In this document: positions 18,861 to 27,204 of the stretch, piece by piece
Layout: every line of letters begins with the position of its first letter
How positions within the stretch are numbered: the first letter of the stretch is position 1
IMG/VR virus record: IMGVR_UViG_3300022181_000109
Location: 1 to 37,813 of that record
DNA: 37,813 bases
Strand: one strand, 5' to 3'
DNA from: a virus
Taxonomy: Duplodnaviria; Caudoviricetes
Notes under the pieces: generated by a model
What the model was told of the DNA's origin: nothing
Database searches by the model: none
The model's input: the letters and a program-made list of their open reading frames with translations, nothing else
Translations under genes and position numbers: made by a program

Positions 18861-19889
18861 TTATCTGACCACCGACCCGCCTAATACGGACCGCATGAAC
18901 CCTGTGGTTTGTTCTTCGAAATACTCATCCGCCCCGACATCCCACGTCCCGCCCTGGGGACGGGCCTGACCATCGATGTCGATGGAGATGTAGGTAGACG
19001 CCGTAGATGAACCCTGCCCGATCAGTCCGCTGCCGGAAACCAGATGCAGGTTCTCGCTACCCTTGGTCACATTCCCGAAGCAACTTGTATCGAAGGCCAC
19101 CTGCGACGTGGATTGGCTCGCATCGGCGGAATAGCAGTTGGTCAGGGAGAGCGTGCCGCCCTTGCCCCAATCTGCCGTACTGTTGCCCCCGGCATAGCAG
19201 TTGATCGCAGTAAGAGTCTGGAAGCTGCCAGCGTAAAAGCCGTAGGTTCCATTGTTGACGGATGTGCAGTTGACGAACAGTCCGCTGTTGGAAGTGTTCG
19301 TTTGCGCTCCGGGGCCGGACGAGCCGTAGAACAGGCAGTTCATGGCGCGGCTGCTGCTGCTTAACAGAAGCCCGTAGAGTTCACCCCCACGGATAATACA
19401 CTCCTTCAGATAGACAATCCCGCCGGTGTTCACGCAGCGGCTTCCGGTTCCGCTGGTGTTGTGGATCTGCATCCCTTCCAGGACCGTGTAATTGGGAAGG
19501 GTATCCACAAGTTCGTCGTTGCCGACGCTGGCGACGAGGCGGTATTTGCTCGTGGACCAGACACCCGCGTGACGGTCCTCGGAATCCACTTTGATCCACA
19601 GGTAATAGGTTGCGTTCGTGGTGTAGCCCGATGTGGCCAGGCGGGTCGTGTCCGCGTTGGTCGAACCTCGGACATTGATTCGGACGATCTTCGTAGCCGT
19701 AACAAGGTCTGCGGCTTTGGCGTCCACAGCGGCGTCCACGCTGGAGTAGGCGTTAGCCCAATCGCGTCCGTCCGCATCGCCGCCGGAGACGTCCGTATCG
19801 ACATACCAATCGTCGATACTTTGGCCCCACGCAGGCCAGGTTAGCAGAACCAATAGAATGCAGATCGCCAGTCTCTTCATGTCACTCAC
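18861..19889 (-). CDS. Secreted right-handed beta-helix (pectin-lyase-like) protein with choice-of-anchor-Q-like end
   Basis: MKRLAICILLVLLTWPAWG|Q; YVD...DGRDWANAY cap; NC stacks; DIDGQARPQGGTWDVGADEY. Confidence 0.85.
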   Translation of the reverse strand: MSDMKRLAICILLVLLTWPAWGQSIDDWYVDTDVSGGDADGRDWANAYSSVDAAVDAKAADLVTATKIVRINVRGSTNADTTRLATSGYTTNATYYLWIKVDSEDRHAGVWSTSKYRLVASVGNDELVDTLPNYTVLEGMQIHNTSGTGSRCVNTGGIVYLKECIIRGGELYGLLLSSSSRAMNCLFYGSSGPGAQTNTSNSGLFVNCTSVNNGTYGFYAGSFQTLTAINCYAGGNSTADWGKGGTLSLTNCYSADASQSTSQVAFDTSCFGNVTKGSENLHLVSGSGLIGQGSSTASTYISIDIDGQARPQGGTWDVGADEYFEEQTTGFMRSVLGGSVVR

Positions 19890-22800
19890 TCTTCTTCAGC
19901 CCGATCTTTTTGGAGGCCGGAGCCGCCCGAGTCGTGAAGCTCCACTCGTCGCCGGTAATTTCCTGGTCGCCGTCGTCGAGTTCGTCCACTCGCCAGTAAT
20001 AGGTCGTGCTGTATTCAGTCACAGGCGTAAAGGTCAGCAGCGTCTGCGGACCTGCCGCCAGACTCAGATTCTCACTGACGGTCCCGAAGTAGACTTTATG
20101 TCGCGTCGCATGTTGTCCCGGCGTCCAGGATAAGACCTGCCCGAGAGCCACGCCCGTAGCGTCATCTGCCGGGGTTGGCGTTGTCGCCTTCGTCACCGTC
20201 GGGGCGGGGTCGTATTCGTATGTGGGTGGATAGACCCACTTGTTGCTCAGGATCACGCCCTTGGCGTACCCGGAAGTGTAGTTGCCCCAGTTGCCAGATC
20301 CCACGTTCGTGCGGCACCAATCGAAGTATTCGAAGAATTGCGGGCTGTTCCAAGAAGTCACAGCCGGAAAGCCTCCGTTCTGGTGCATAATCACAGGACA
20401 CACGGCAAACCCGATCATGCTCGATGTCACGATCCCATGATATCCACCATACAGATACGTTGGGTTTGAGATTGCCCACTGCCACGAATACGGCGGATTA
20501 GCTGCCAGCGGATTTTCGCACCAGTACGACACGCCTTCCCAGCTTTCGTCAAACTCATGGTAGTCGGCATAATCACTAACTTTATACTGCCGCCCTAAGT
20601 ACAGATGATTCCCGATAATGAACGAAACGCCGGTTGCGGTGTTGCCCTGATAGGGCGAGGTCAGCGTCAGCGTCGGCGTGCCGGACGTGGACGCCGATTG
20701 AATCGTGTACGCCACGGCCGTCGTGCTGTACCCGCGAACCTCGTCGAGGACTCGCAGAGTACCGAAAATAGTCTGCGTCGTGATGAACCGATCCCCCGCG
20801 ACCGCGCCACCCCAGGTTTCGCCCGCCTCTCCAATCACCGTAGAGGAGTTCTGAGTCACACTCACCGTGCCGGTGTTGTCCCTGAGCGTAGGATAAGCCC
20901 GCACCCTATACGGCTGGCTGTCCCAGAAGGTGTCCCCGCTGCCCAGGAAGTTGCTCGTGATGCGGAAGGTTTGTGCATTCTCGTCGAACTGGAACCCGTT
21001 CGGCAAATTCCAGTTGTCGTCTATGTCCTGGTTGGTGGCCAGCCCGAAGTTGACCATCTCGGCGTCGTCCAGCACGATCCCCGCGAACAGGATCGGCCAG
21101 TATCGACCGTGCGTGTTCCCGCCGGACGCCTTCCACCACAGCGATTGACCCTGTTTGCACACCGCCCACAGGTCCAGCCCCCTCTGAATGCAGCCGATCA
21201 GCAGCCGGCGCTTCTGCTCCAGCGTCCCGATGTCGCTATCGAACAGTGCGAGATACGCATCACCGTTTTCTTTCGCCCAATTGCCCGCGTACAATTCCGA
21301 GGCATCCCAGGCATGACACCGCGATCCAGCGTCCACCGTGGCAAGCTCCATAGTTGGTCTGGTGACGATTCGCTCTAGCGACGTGAACGACTCTGTTTTG
21401 AGCGACCTCGTCTCGCCTGCGCTACTGAGCAACTGCCTCGTGCCCCCCAGTGCAACTTGCGGAATGCGGGCCGTCACGACATCCGACCACTGGTACTCCA
21501 CCGCTCGGCCGGTGTACGCTCGATACGGCGGTCGAAACCACGTATTGTTCGCCAGTGCCGTTTCAACCACAGTCAACACGGACACAGACCGCATGGAATA
21601 GCGAAACTCGACTTTGGGTTCGGGGTCGGTCGCGTAGTCCATCGAGTAGCAGTTCAGAACCGACGACGGGAACGTGTCCACCATGAACGGCAACTCGTCG
21701 CCCCGGTTGGCCGCCGCGGAGAACGCCGAGGCAACCCAGCCGGACGCAACCTGTGCGTCCAGACCCGAACCAGTCCCCGTCGGATTGACCATCATGCCGT
21801 TTATCACCCGGCCCACGGCCCCGCCGTCCGGGAACGCGCTGGCACTGTAGCCGAACGGCGGATCGTATGAAACGATGACCGTCTTGCCGACGGTGGCATA
21901 CGACCCGTCGATAAAGCGAAACACCCGCCGATAGTCCTGGAACGTGCGGGTAATCGCAAACTCCGTCAACGTCTTTGTGTAGTAGGCTCTGTCTGGCCAT
22001 TCGACGTACGGATTCGGATGGGCGCTTTCGTAGGGATAGAAGATCGTCGCGTCCGGACTGATGAGAATGATCGCGGCATCGGACTCAGTGTCACCAATTC
22101 CACTCCAGCCCATCGCAGTAGCAGGAGTCGCTCCATTCCCTGTGCCGCCTGGCGTCACGAAGTACGTGTGGTCCGGGAAGTTGAAGGTGGAAAACTGCTG
22201 AATCGCCCCAGCCGTGGTTCCGCCAGCCGTGGTCGCGTCCACGCGGACGTAGTATGTCGAGTTTTCATCCAAGGCTTCCGTGTCGCAGTAGAGCACGCTG
22301 ATCGCATCCCCAATCTTCGTGCCTGGCGGACTGGTCTTGCCGATGTAGACGTCGAACGTCTGCTCCTGCGTCGCATCGGCCGGAGTCTTGGTCCACATGA
22401 TCCGGGTCTGATAGTTGACCGTGTCCCCGGTCTTAGGCCAGACCATCGTGACTGCAAAAGGAGCCGTATCGCCCCGGTCAATCGGATGGTCGGGACCGTC
22501 GAGGCTGGTCGTGCTGGTGTCGGAGACCGTCAGATTGTCCGTCTCGACGCTGTAGTCGTCGAACAGCGGCAGGTTCCAATCCGGAGCCCCGCCCGTTGCG
22601 GCACCCGGCAAACCCCCGGCGTCCAGAGCCGCACGTTCTGCACTCGACAACTCCCGCTTCCAGAAGGCGACTTCCGCGAGCTTGCCATTGAACGTAGAGC
22701 CACCGAGGACCAAGTTTGCTGCCACATTCAGGGCCTGCGTGTACGTGCTCGCAGACGTGTACGCGAGAATCTCCGATCCGCCCTGCTTGTACGAGTAGAG

Positions 22801-23202
22801 ACGAATCTTCAGATCATCGCCGCGACTCATCGTCACGCGGCACCAGCCGGTTTCGTTTCCGGTGTACGCTTTCTTGTCATCGACGTGGGGGGTTCCGTTC
22901 GTTGGGAAGTGGCCGTACAGGCAACTGGGCGGCCAGGTTCCGCTGCCCTGAATCGCCAGACGCAGGGCTGCATCGCCCGAATCCGTCCCGGCACGCCACA
23001 AAAAGAGATTCCGCCAACTCGTTGACGCCCCGCCCGGCTTGACCCACATCGACAGCGTCCACGCCTCGGACGACCCGATGGACAGGACCGCGTCGTCCGT
23101 GATCGTAATCGTGCCGCCGTTCATGGCGACCGAGGCGAAAGCCGCAGGGACCACCACGGAGGCACAGAGGACACAGAGAAGAATCGTTCGGGTGATCGTC
23201 AT
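19882..23202 (-). CDS. Secreted multidomain protein (LamG-like, Fn3-like, unknown helical domain with an inserted tail-fibre-like module, Fn3-like)
   Basis: Signal peptide; WTLSMWVK...FNGKLAEVAFW (LamG); DVYIG...TYYVRVD and KVYFGT...TYYWRVDE...WSFTT modules; GTVSVTQNSSTVIG...LTLTSPYQG module; ATGA coupling to the glycosyltransferase gene. Confidence 0.8.
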   Translation of the reverse strand: MTITRTILLCVLCASVVVPAAFASVAMNGGTITITDDAVLSIGSSEAWTLSMWVKPGGASTSWRNLFLWRAGTDSGDAALRLAIQGSGTWPPSCLYGHFPTNGTPHVDDKKAYTGNETGWCRVTMSRGDDLKIRLYSYKQGGSEILAYTSASTYTQALNVAANLVLGGSTFNGKLAEVAFWKRELSSAERAALDAGGLPGAATGGAPDWNLPLFDDYSVETDNLTVSDTSTTSLDGPDHPIDRGDTAPFAVTMVWPKTGDTVNYQTRIMWTKTPADATQEQTFDVYIGKTSPPGTKIGDAISVLYCDTEALDENSTYYVRVDATTAGGTTAGAIQQFSTFNFPDHTYFVTPGGTGNGATPATAMGWSGIGDTESDAAIILISPDATIFYPYESAHPNPYVEWPDRAYYTKTLTEFAITRTFQDYRRVFRFIDGSYATVGKTVIVSYDPPFGYSASAFPDGGAVGRVINGMMVNPTGTGSGLDAQVASGWVASAFSAAANRGDELPFMVDTFPSSVLNCYSMDYATDPEPKVEFRYSMRSVSVLTVVETALANNTWFRPPYRAYTGRAVEYQWSDVVTARIPQVALGGTRQLLSSAGETRSLKTESFTSLERIVTRPTMELATVDAGSRCHAWDASELYAGNWAKENGDAYLALFDSDIGTLEQKRRLLIGCIQRGLDLWAVCKQGQSLWWKASGGNTHGRYWPILFAGIVLDDAEMVNFGLATNQDIDDNWNLPNGFQFDENAQTFRITSNFLGSGDTFWDSQPYRVRAYPTLRDNTGTVSVTQNSSTVIGEAGETWGGAVAGDRFITTQTIFGTLRVLDEVRGYSTTAVAYTIQSASTSGTPTLTLTSPYQGNTATGVSFIIGNHLYLGRQYKVSDYADYHEFDESWEGVSYWCENPLAANPPYSWQWAISNPTYLYGGYHGIVTSSMIGFAVCPVIMHQNGGFPAVTSWNSPQFFEYFDWCRTNVGSGNWGNYTSGYAKGVILSNKWVYPPTYEYDPAPTVTKATTPTPADDATGVALGQVLSWTPGQHATRHKVYFGTVSENLSLAAGPQTLLTFTPVTEYSTTYYWRVDELDDGDQEITGDEWSFTTRAAPASKKIGLKKSE
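23152..23178 (-). repeat. Inverted CTCTGTG cassette encoding the signal-peptide core LCVLCASVV
   Basis: caccacggaggcacagaggacacagag on the plus strand. Confidence 0.85.
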
Positions 23203-23954
23203 AGAACTTTCCCTTGCTCGGACAAACGCTGGATCTCGTCACAGAGCCGCTCATACTCACCCCGGCGCGGCTCGCCGGGATGGGCCGGCGGCGACGGAGG
23301 ACCTGCCGCCGCCGGCCCCACAGACGAAAGGCTCTCTGCGTCATCTTCGAGTAGGTCGGTCACCTTGTAATGGTGGCACCGCACGCTCGGATCGCACAGG
23401 ATCCGATAGCCGCACTCGTGCACGCGATCGGAGAAATACACGTCCCCGGACCGCTTGACGTACTCCAGGTCGCTGGCAGGCCGGTCCACGTATTCCCGGA
23501 AGAACCAGGGATAGCCCAGATGGTCCAAGACGCCGCGTTCGACCAAAACGGTCGTACCGCCGACGTGCCGGACCGGGAAAGGCCTGGCAGGCAACGGCAC
23601 ATCCCTGGGCCACCAGTCGCCGGGGGCGTCGGCGCGGATGTTCCAGAATCTCGCCCCGCGCCGGCGGATCGGAGTCACACCGCAGGCCACCGGCGCCCTT
23701 AGGGCCAGCAGCCGCTCCACCGCGTCGGGCGGCGGCACGGTATCGGAGTCCAGGAAGAAGAAGTGCCGCACGCCGGGCTCCCGGGCCAGGGCCGCGGCGA
23801 TCGCCGCGTTGCGGTTGGCGTCGCAGCTGTCCCCGCAGGGGTTGGCCACATCAACGTTCGAGTACCGGCGGCACAGGGCCGCCAGCCAGAGCGTTACGCG
23901 GCCGTCCACTAGAGGGTGCCGGGGCGCCGGGAGCACGACGAGCAGCTTGTCCAT
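23199..23954 (-). CDS. Glycosyltransferase, GT-A fold (GT2-like)
   Basis: DANRN, FFFLDSD (DxD), VGGTTVLV, YPWF and GDVYFS...G..I.CDPSV.C.H pattern. Confidence 0.85.
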   Translation of the reverse strand: MDKLLVVLPAPRHPLVDGRVTLWLAALCRRYSNVDVANPCGDSCDANRNAAIAAALAREPGVRHFFFLDSDTVPPPDAVERLLALRAPVACGVTPIRRRGARFWNIRADAPGDWWPRDVPLPARPFPVRHVGGTTVLVERGVLDHLGYPWFFREYVDRPASDLEYVKRSGDVYFSDRVHECGYRILCDPSVRCHHYKVTDLLEDDAESLSSVGPAAAGPPSPPAHPGEPRRGEYERLCDEIQRLSEQGKVL

Positions 23955-23955
23955 C

Positions 23956-24390
23956 TTATTCCTTCGCGTACAGATAGTGGATGTCCACCGTGTCGGTGCT
24001 GGCCAGGGCATGGGCGGAACTGGTGCCCATCGTGGCGTAAATGTCGGTGTCGGCCGCCAGGGGCTCGTTGATCTGTTCCCGGGCGGGGTAGAGCACCTGC
24101 GTTTTGGTCGTCGTCAGCGCCGTCGTGGTGCCCAGCGCGTCGGTATCGCCGGAGTAGCCGATCTTCAGGATACCGCTGTCGCTGCCGTTGTACCGGATCA
24201 CACCGAAGAGCGGAATGGCCCCCTTGGGCATCTTGCCCAGATAGATGATGTCGCCGCTGGCGACACGGGCCCCGGTATACTCTTCGGTCATCGACCGCAC
24301 AACGCCCCCGGACTGCTCGGCCTTGAGAGCCGTGCTGGGGGTCAGCGACGCCAGAATGGTCGCGTTGGTGCCGTATTTCGTAGCCATCAA
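23956..24390 (-). CDS. Capsid-associated (decoration/cement-like) protein
   Basis: Follows the major capsid gene; beta-rich; GDII.L..MPKGA pattern. Confidence 0.6.
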   Translation of the reverse strand: MMATKYGTNATILASLTPSTALKAEQSGGVVRSMTEEYTGARVASGDIIYLGKMPKGAIPLFGVIRYNGSDSGILKIGYSGDTDALGTTTALTTTKTQVLYPAREQINEPLAADTDIYATMGTSSAHALASTDTVDIHYLYAKE

Positions 24391-24404
24391 TAAACCCTTT
24401 CTGA

Positions 24405-24424
24405 CCGGCCCTCTTCAGGGCCGG
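24405..24424. other. Perfect RNA hairpin after the capsid gene
   Basis: CCGGCCCT-CTTC-AGGGCCGG with no U-tract, just before the next RBS; may act in mRNA stability or stoichiometry. Confidence 0.55.
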
Positions 24425-24454
24425 AATCCCAAACTGTTACTGCACGGCCAATCA

Positions 24455-25408
24455 TCAGGCCGCGGCCTTGAGCTCGATTTCCACGACGGCGGGCCCTTCG
24501 TTGCGTTCGGCCCCGACCTCCAGCGTGCAGAGCACCTGATCGGCGTCCTTTTCGGGCACGCGCTCGATCACGGTGCGGACGTCGCCGCCGATGCCGAACG
24601 TCACAGCACCCTCAGCAAACGCGTAGCTCCGCACGCAGTCGGTCTCCACCGAGTGGTATCGCAGTCCCGTCCCCGTGGCCCGGTACTCGATCGGGATCAC
24701 GAAGAAGCCCAGGATCTGTTCGATCCGGCCGGTCTTGATGTCGCGGACCACCTTCATTTCCTCCCCGTTGAGCGTCGTATCCGCCAGCAGGGCGTTGATG
24801 TTGTAGCTGTTGGTCACCAGGTACCGGCGACGGTCGGGGTCGATCTCGGCGGCGTCCAGGAGGTTCTTGAGGGTGACGACCTTGGCGTAGGTCAGCGCCG
24901 TCGCCGTCACGTCGGTGGAATCGGAACCCGCGGTGGCCACGGTGCCGTCGGATTTGACCACGCGGCATTCGCCGGCGTCGTAGTTGTTGACGCTGGTGCC
25001 GCCGGCCTCGCCGGCGTGGGCGATGCCGCCCAGGGCGTTGATGATCCACATGTCCTTGGCGCGATTGGCCGCGGCCACGCAGTTCTGGACGTACTTGCCC
25101 TGAGGATCGATGATCAGCTTCTCGGTGTCGGCCCGGTCGATCAGGTGCCGGCTGACCATGTCATGGATGGTGCCTTTGCGCCGGCTGTGCTCGAATTCCG
25201 AAAGGGGAATGTCGGCGTGACGGGCCGTCCGCTCGGTCATTTCCGCCGTGCCGAGCCGTTCGGCGTAAAACGATTTTCCCACCACAGAGGCCACCTGGCA
25301 GGCCTTCTGCAGGCGGGAGTCCTTCTGCTGGCTGAGCATGATGACCGCCGCGGAAAACTGGTCGATCATCGCTTGGGTTACGGTATACGACATCGGAGAA
25401 CTCTCCAT
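24455..25408 (-). CDS. Major capsid protein (alternative start 25393)
   Basis: QF...V.MLSQQKDSRL, D.EKLIIDP..KY...AA.R.KD.II.A and ILGF.VI motifs of BPP-1/T7-like capsids; follows the scaffold gene. Confidence 0.9.
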   Translation of the reverse strand: MESSPMSYTVTQAMIDQFSAAVIMLSQQKDSRLQKACQVASVVGKSFYAERLGTAEMTERTARHADIPLSEFEHSRRKGTIHDMVSRHLIDRADTEKLIIDPQGKYVQNCVAAANRAKDMWIINALGGIAHAGEAGGTSVNNYDAGECRVVKSDGTVATAGSDSTDVTATALTYAKVVTLKNLLDAAEIDPDRRRYLVTNSYNINALLADTTLNGEEMKVVRDIKTGRIEQILGFFVIPIEYRATGTGLRYHSVETDCVRSYAFAEGAVTFGIGGDVRTVIERVPEKDADQVLCTLEVGAERNEGPAVVEIELKAAA

Positions 25409-25630
25409 TTTGCAAACACGCGTTCGTGGTTACCGGCCCATGATGGGCCGACTCTGGAGAGCTCCCCGATCGCCCGCGCGACTTCAGACTCGTCACGCCT
25501 GCGAAACGGACCCTACCGTTTTGCGTTTCTCCGCGCCCGGCTGCGGACCCCGGAGATGCCCGAGGCTGCCCGCATTTGCGGTGTCCACGTTCGGCCGGAC
25601 CGGTAAGGCTCCCCGGCCTTGCGGACGGTA

Positions 25631-26458
25631 TTACTTTTTCGCTGCGGTCAACTGGTTCCGCAGTCTCATCAACTCATCGAGCACGCGATCGTGCGCCGGA
25701 CCGCGTTCGCTCAGGTACGCCGGCGACCGCATCAGCTCGTCGATCTTGCTCTGGATGCCGGAGCCGTCCACCGACCCGCCCTTCTGTTGGGTCAACCGGT
25801 CCGGAGCGACCGCCTGGCCGACCTTGGCCATCAGCTTGAGGAAGGCCGGATGTTCGAGCAGGCCCGCTTCCGTCAAGGCCGCCAGGTCCTTCTCGTCGGC
25901 GAAGGCCGCCGCCGCCGTGTTGGCCCGTTGCACCTGGGCCTCGTACGCCGGGCCCAACTCCGTTTTCAAAGCCGCTTTCGCCGCATCCAGGGCGGCCTGC
26001 CGCTCCTGCTGCTGCTGGCGCTGCGTCGCGACATTCCAGGCCGCGACCCGCTCCGCAAATCCGGTAAACTGGTCGGGAGTCCAGCCCAGTTCCGCGGCCC
26101 AGGCGCGGAACTGCTTGTCCGTCGCCTCATCGACCGTCAGGCCGTCGGGCATCTTCACGGCCGGGTACTTGTCCGGCGAGTCCGGAACGCCAATCGCCTT
26201 GCGAAACGCGGCCAGACCCTCCTTGTCGTCGGGTCCTTTGGGCAGGATCGCGCCCTTGCGGCCGACCATCGCCTCGGCATCGGCCAGCATCTTCAGAGCC
26301 TTGTGCACGGGCTGGCCCGCCAGGCCGGCGATCGTCTTATTGCTTCTGAGCTCAGCGTCCAGCCCGTCGATACTGATCGTCATGGGACCCGGCGAAGCCG
26401 GCGCCGGCACGGGACCCGGCCCAGCAGGAATTACCGGAATGTTCGGGTTCTCAGTCAT
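25631..26458 (-). CDS. Capsid scaffolding protein
   Basis: GVPDSPDKY, LKTELG..Y and GL.EHPAFLK.MAKVG motifs; located before the capsid gene. Confidence 0.85.
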   Translation of the reverse strand: MTENPNIPVIPAGPGPVPAPASPGPMTISIDGLDAELRSNKTIAGLAGQPVHKALKMLADAEAMVGRKGAILPKGPDDKEGLAAFRKAIGVPDSPDKYPAVKMPDGLTVDEATDKQFRAWAAELGWTPDQFTGFAERVAAWNVATQRQQQQERQAALDAAKAALKTELGPAYEAQVQRANTAAAAFADEKDLAALTEAGLLEHPAFLKLMAKVGQAVAPDRLTQQKGGSVDGSGIQSKIDELMRSPAYLSERGPAHDRVLDELMRLRNQLTAAKK

Positions 26459-26486
26459 ACTCTCTCGTCATCGTCGTCCGGTCACG

Positions 26487-26966
26487 TTACAGGCCGCCGG
26501 CCGCACGGAGGCGGTCGGCCGCTTCGATCTGCTCGGTCGTGACTTCTACGCTCTTGCCGTTTCCGTCCGGGAAGGCGAATTGCACGGCCGTTTTGTTTTC
26601 GTTCAGATAGTCCCGCGGCAGGCTCGCCAGAGGCGACAGGGCCTCCAGGCACTCGGCCACCGTCGGCGGCCGGGGCGGGTCGCCCACGCAATCGTTGACG
26701 CATCGGCGGGCCCTCTCGATGTCCTCGGCGGTCAGCTTGCCCCGCTGGCCCAGCCGCTGCAAGGTGTATACAGGCCCGTACCCGGGCGCATTGGGCTGGA
26801 TCGCCGCCAGGACAGACAGCAGGCCCTTGGCTTTGGCGATCGTGGTCCGCTCCTGCATCTGCCGTGTCGCCACCTCAGCGGCCTCCTGCGCCAGCTGCCG
26901 CGACACCTCGCGGTCCCGTTGGGTGACTACCGTCGTGGGTTCATTGATCTTGGCCATGACTGACAT
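26487..26966 (-). CDS. Hypothetical protein in the head module
   Basis: 159-aa ORF filling the gap between the Bbp19-like gene and the scaffold. Confidence 0.7.
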   Translation of the reverse strand: MSVMAKINEPTTVVTQRDREVSRQLAQEAAEVATRQMQERTTIAKAKGLLSVLAAIQPNAPGYGPVYTLQRLGQRGKLTAEDIERARRCVNDCVGDPPRPPTVAECLEALSPLASLPRDYLNENKTAVQFAFPDGNGKSVEVTTEQIEAADRLRAAGGL

Positions 26967-27204
26967 GCTCCGGTAACAAGGTTCGATTCGCCTGCGACTC
27001 GGCCAGGCGGAGCCCGATGATCTGGAGCATCCGCAACTGACCGAGGTTATGGGCCGTCACATACTGATTGTCCGGGCAGAAGTCGCCCGGAATCTGCGAT
27101 TCCAAATCCGTCAGGATCGTCTGGGCCATCAGGCCGCACGCCGCGAACTCCCGATACGCCCGCAGGGTCTCGTCGGAGGCCTGCGTCAAGCCCAAGGCGG
27201 TCAT
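26941..27204 (-). CDS. Bbp19-like small head-module protein
   Basis: ATGA overlap with the portal stop; AYR.F......ILTDL...TAHN.GQ..ML..I pattern typical of the post-portal gene. Confidence 0.7.
   Translation of the reverse strand: MTALGLTQASDETLRAYREFAACGLMAQTILTDLESQIPGDFCPDNQYVTAHNLGQLRMLQIIGLRLAESQANRTLLPEHVSHGQDQ

Noticed and set aside
25409-25630. Structured ncRNA or riboswitch in the capsid leader
   Set aside because: The 220-nt GC-rich gap could fold, but I recognise no family motif; an Rfam or covariation search is needed.
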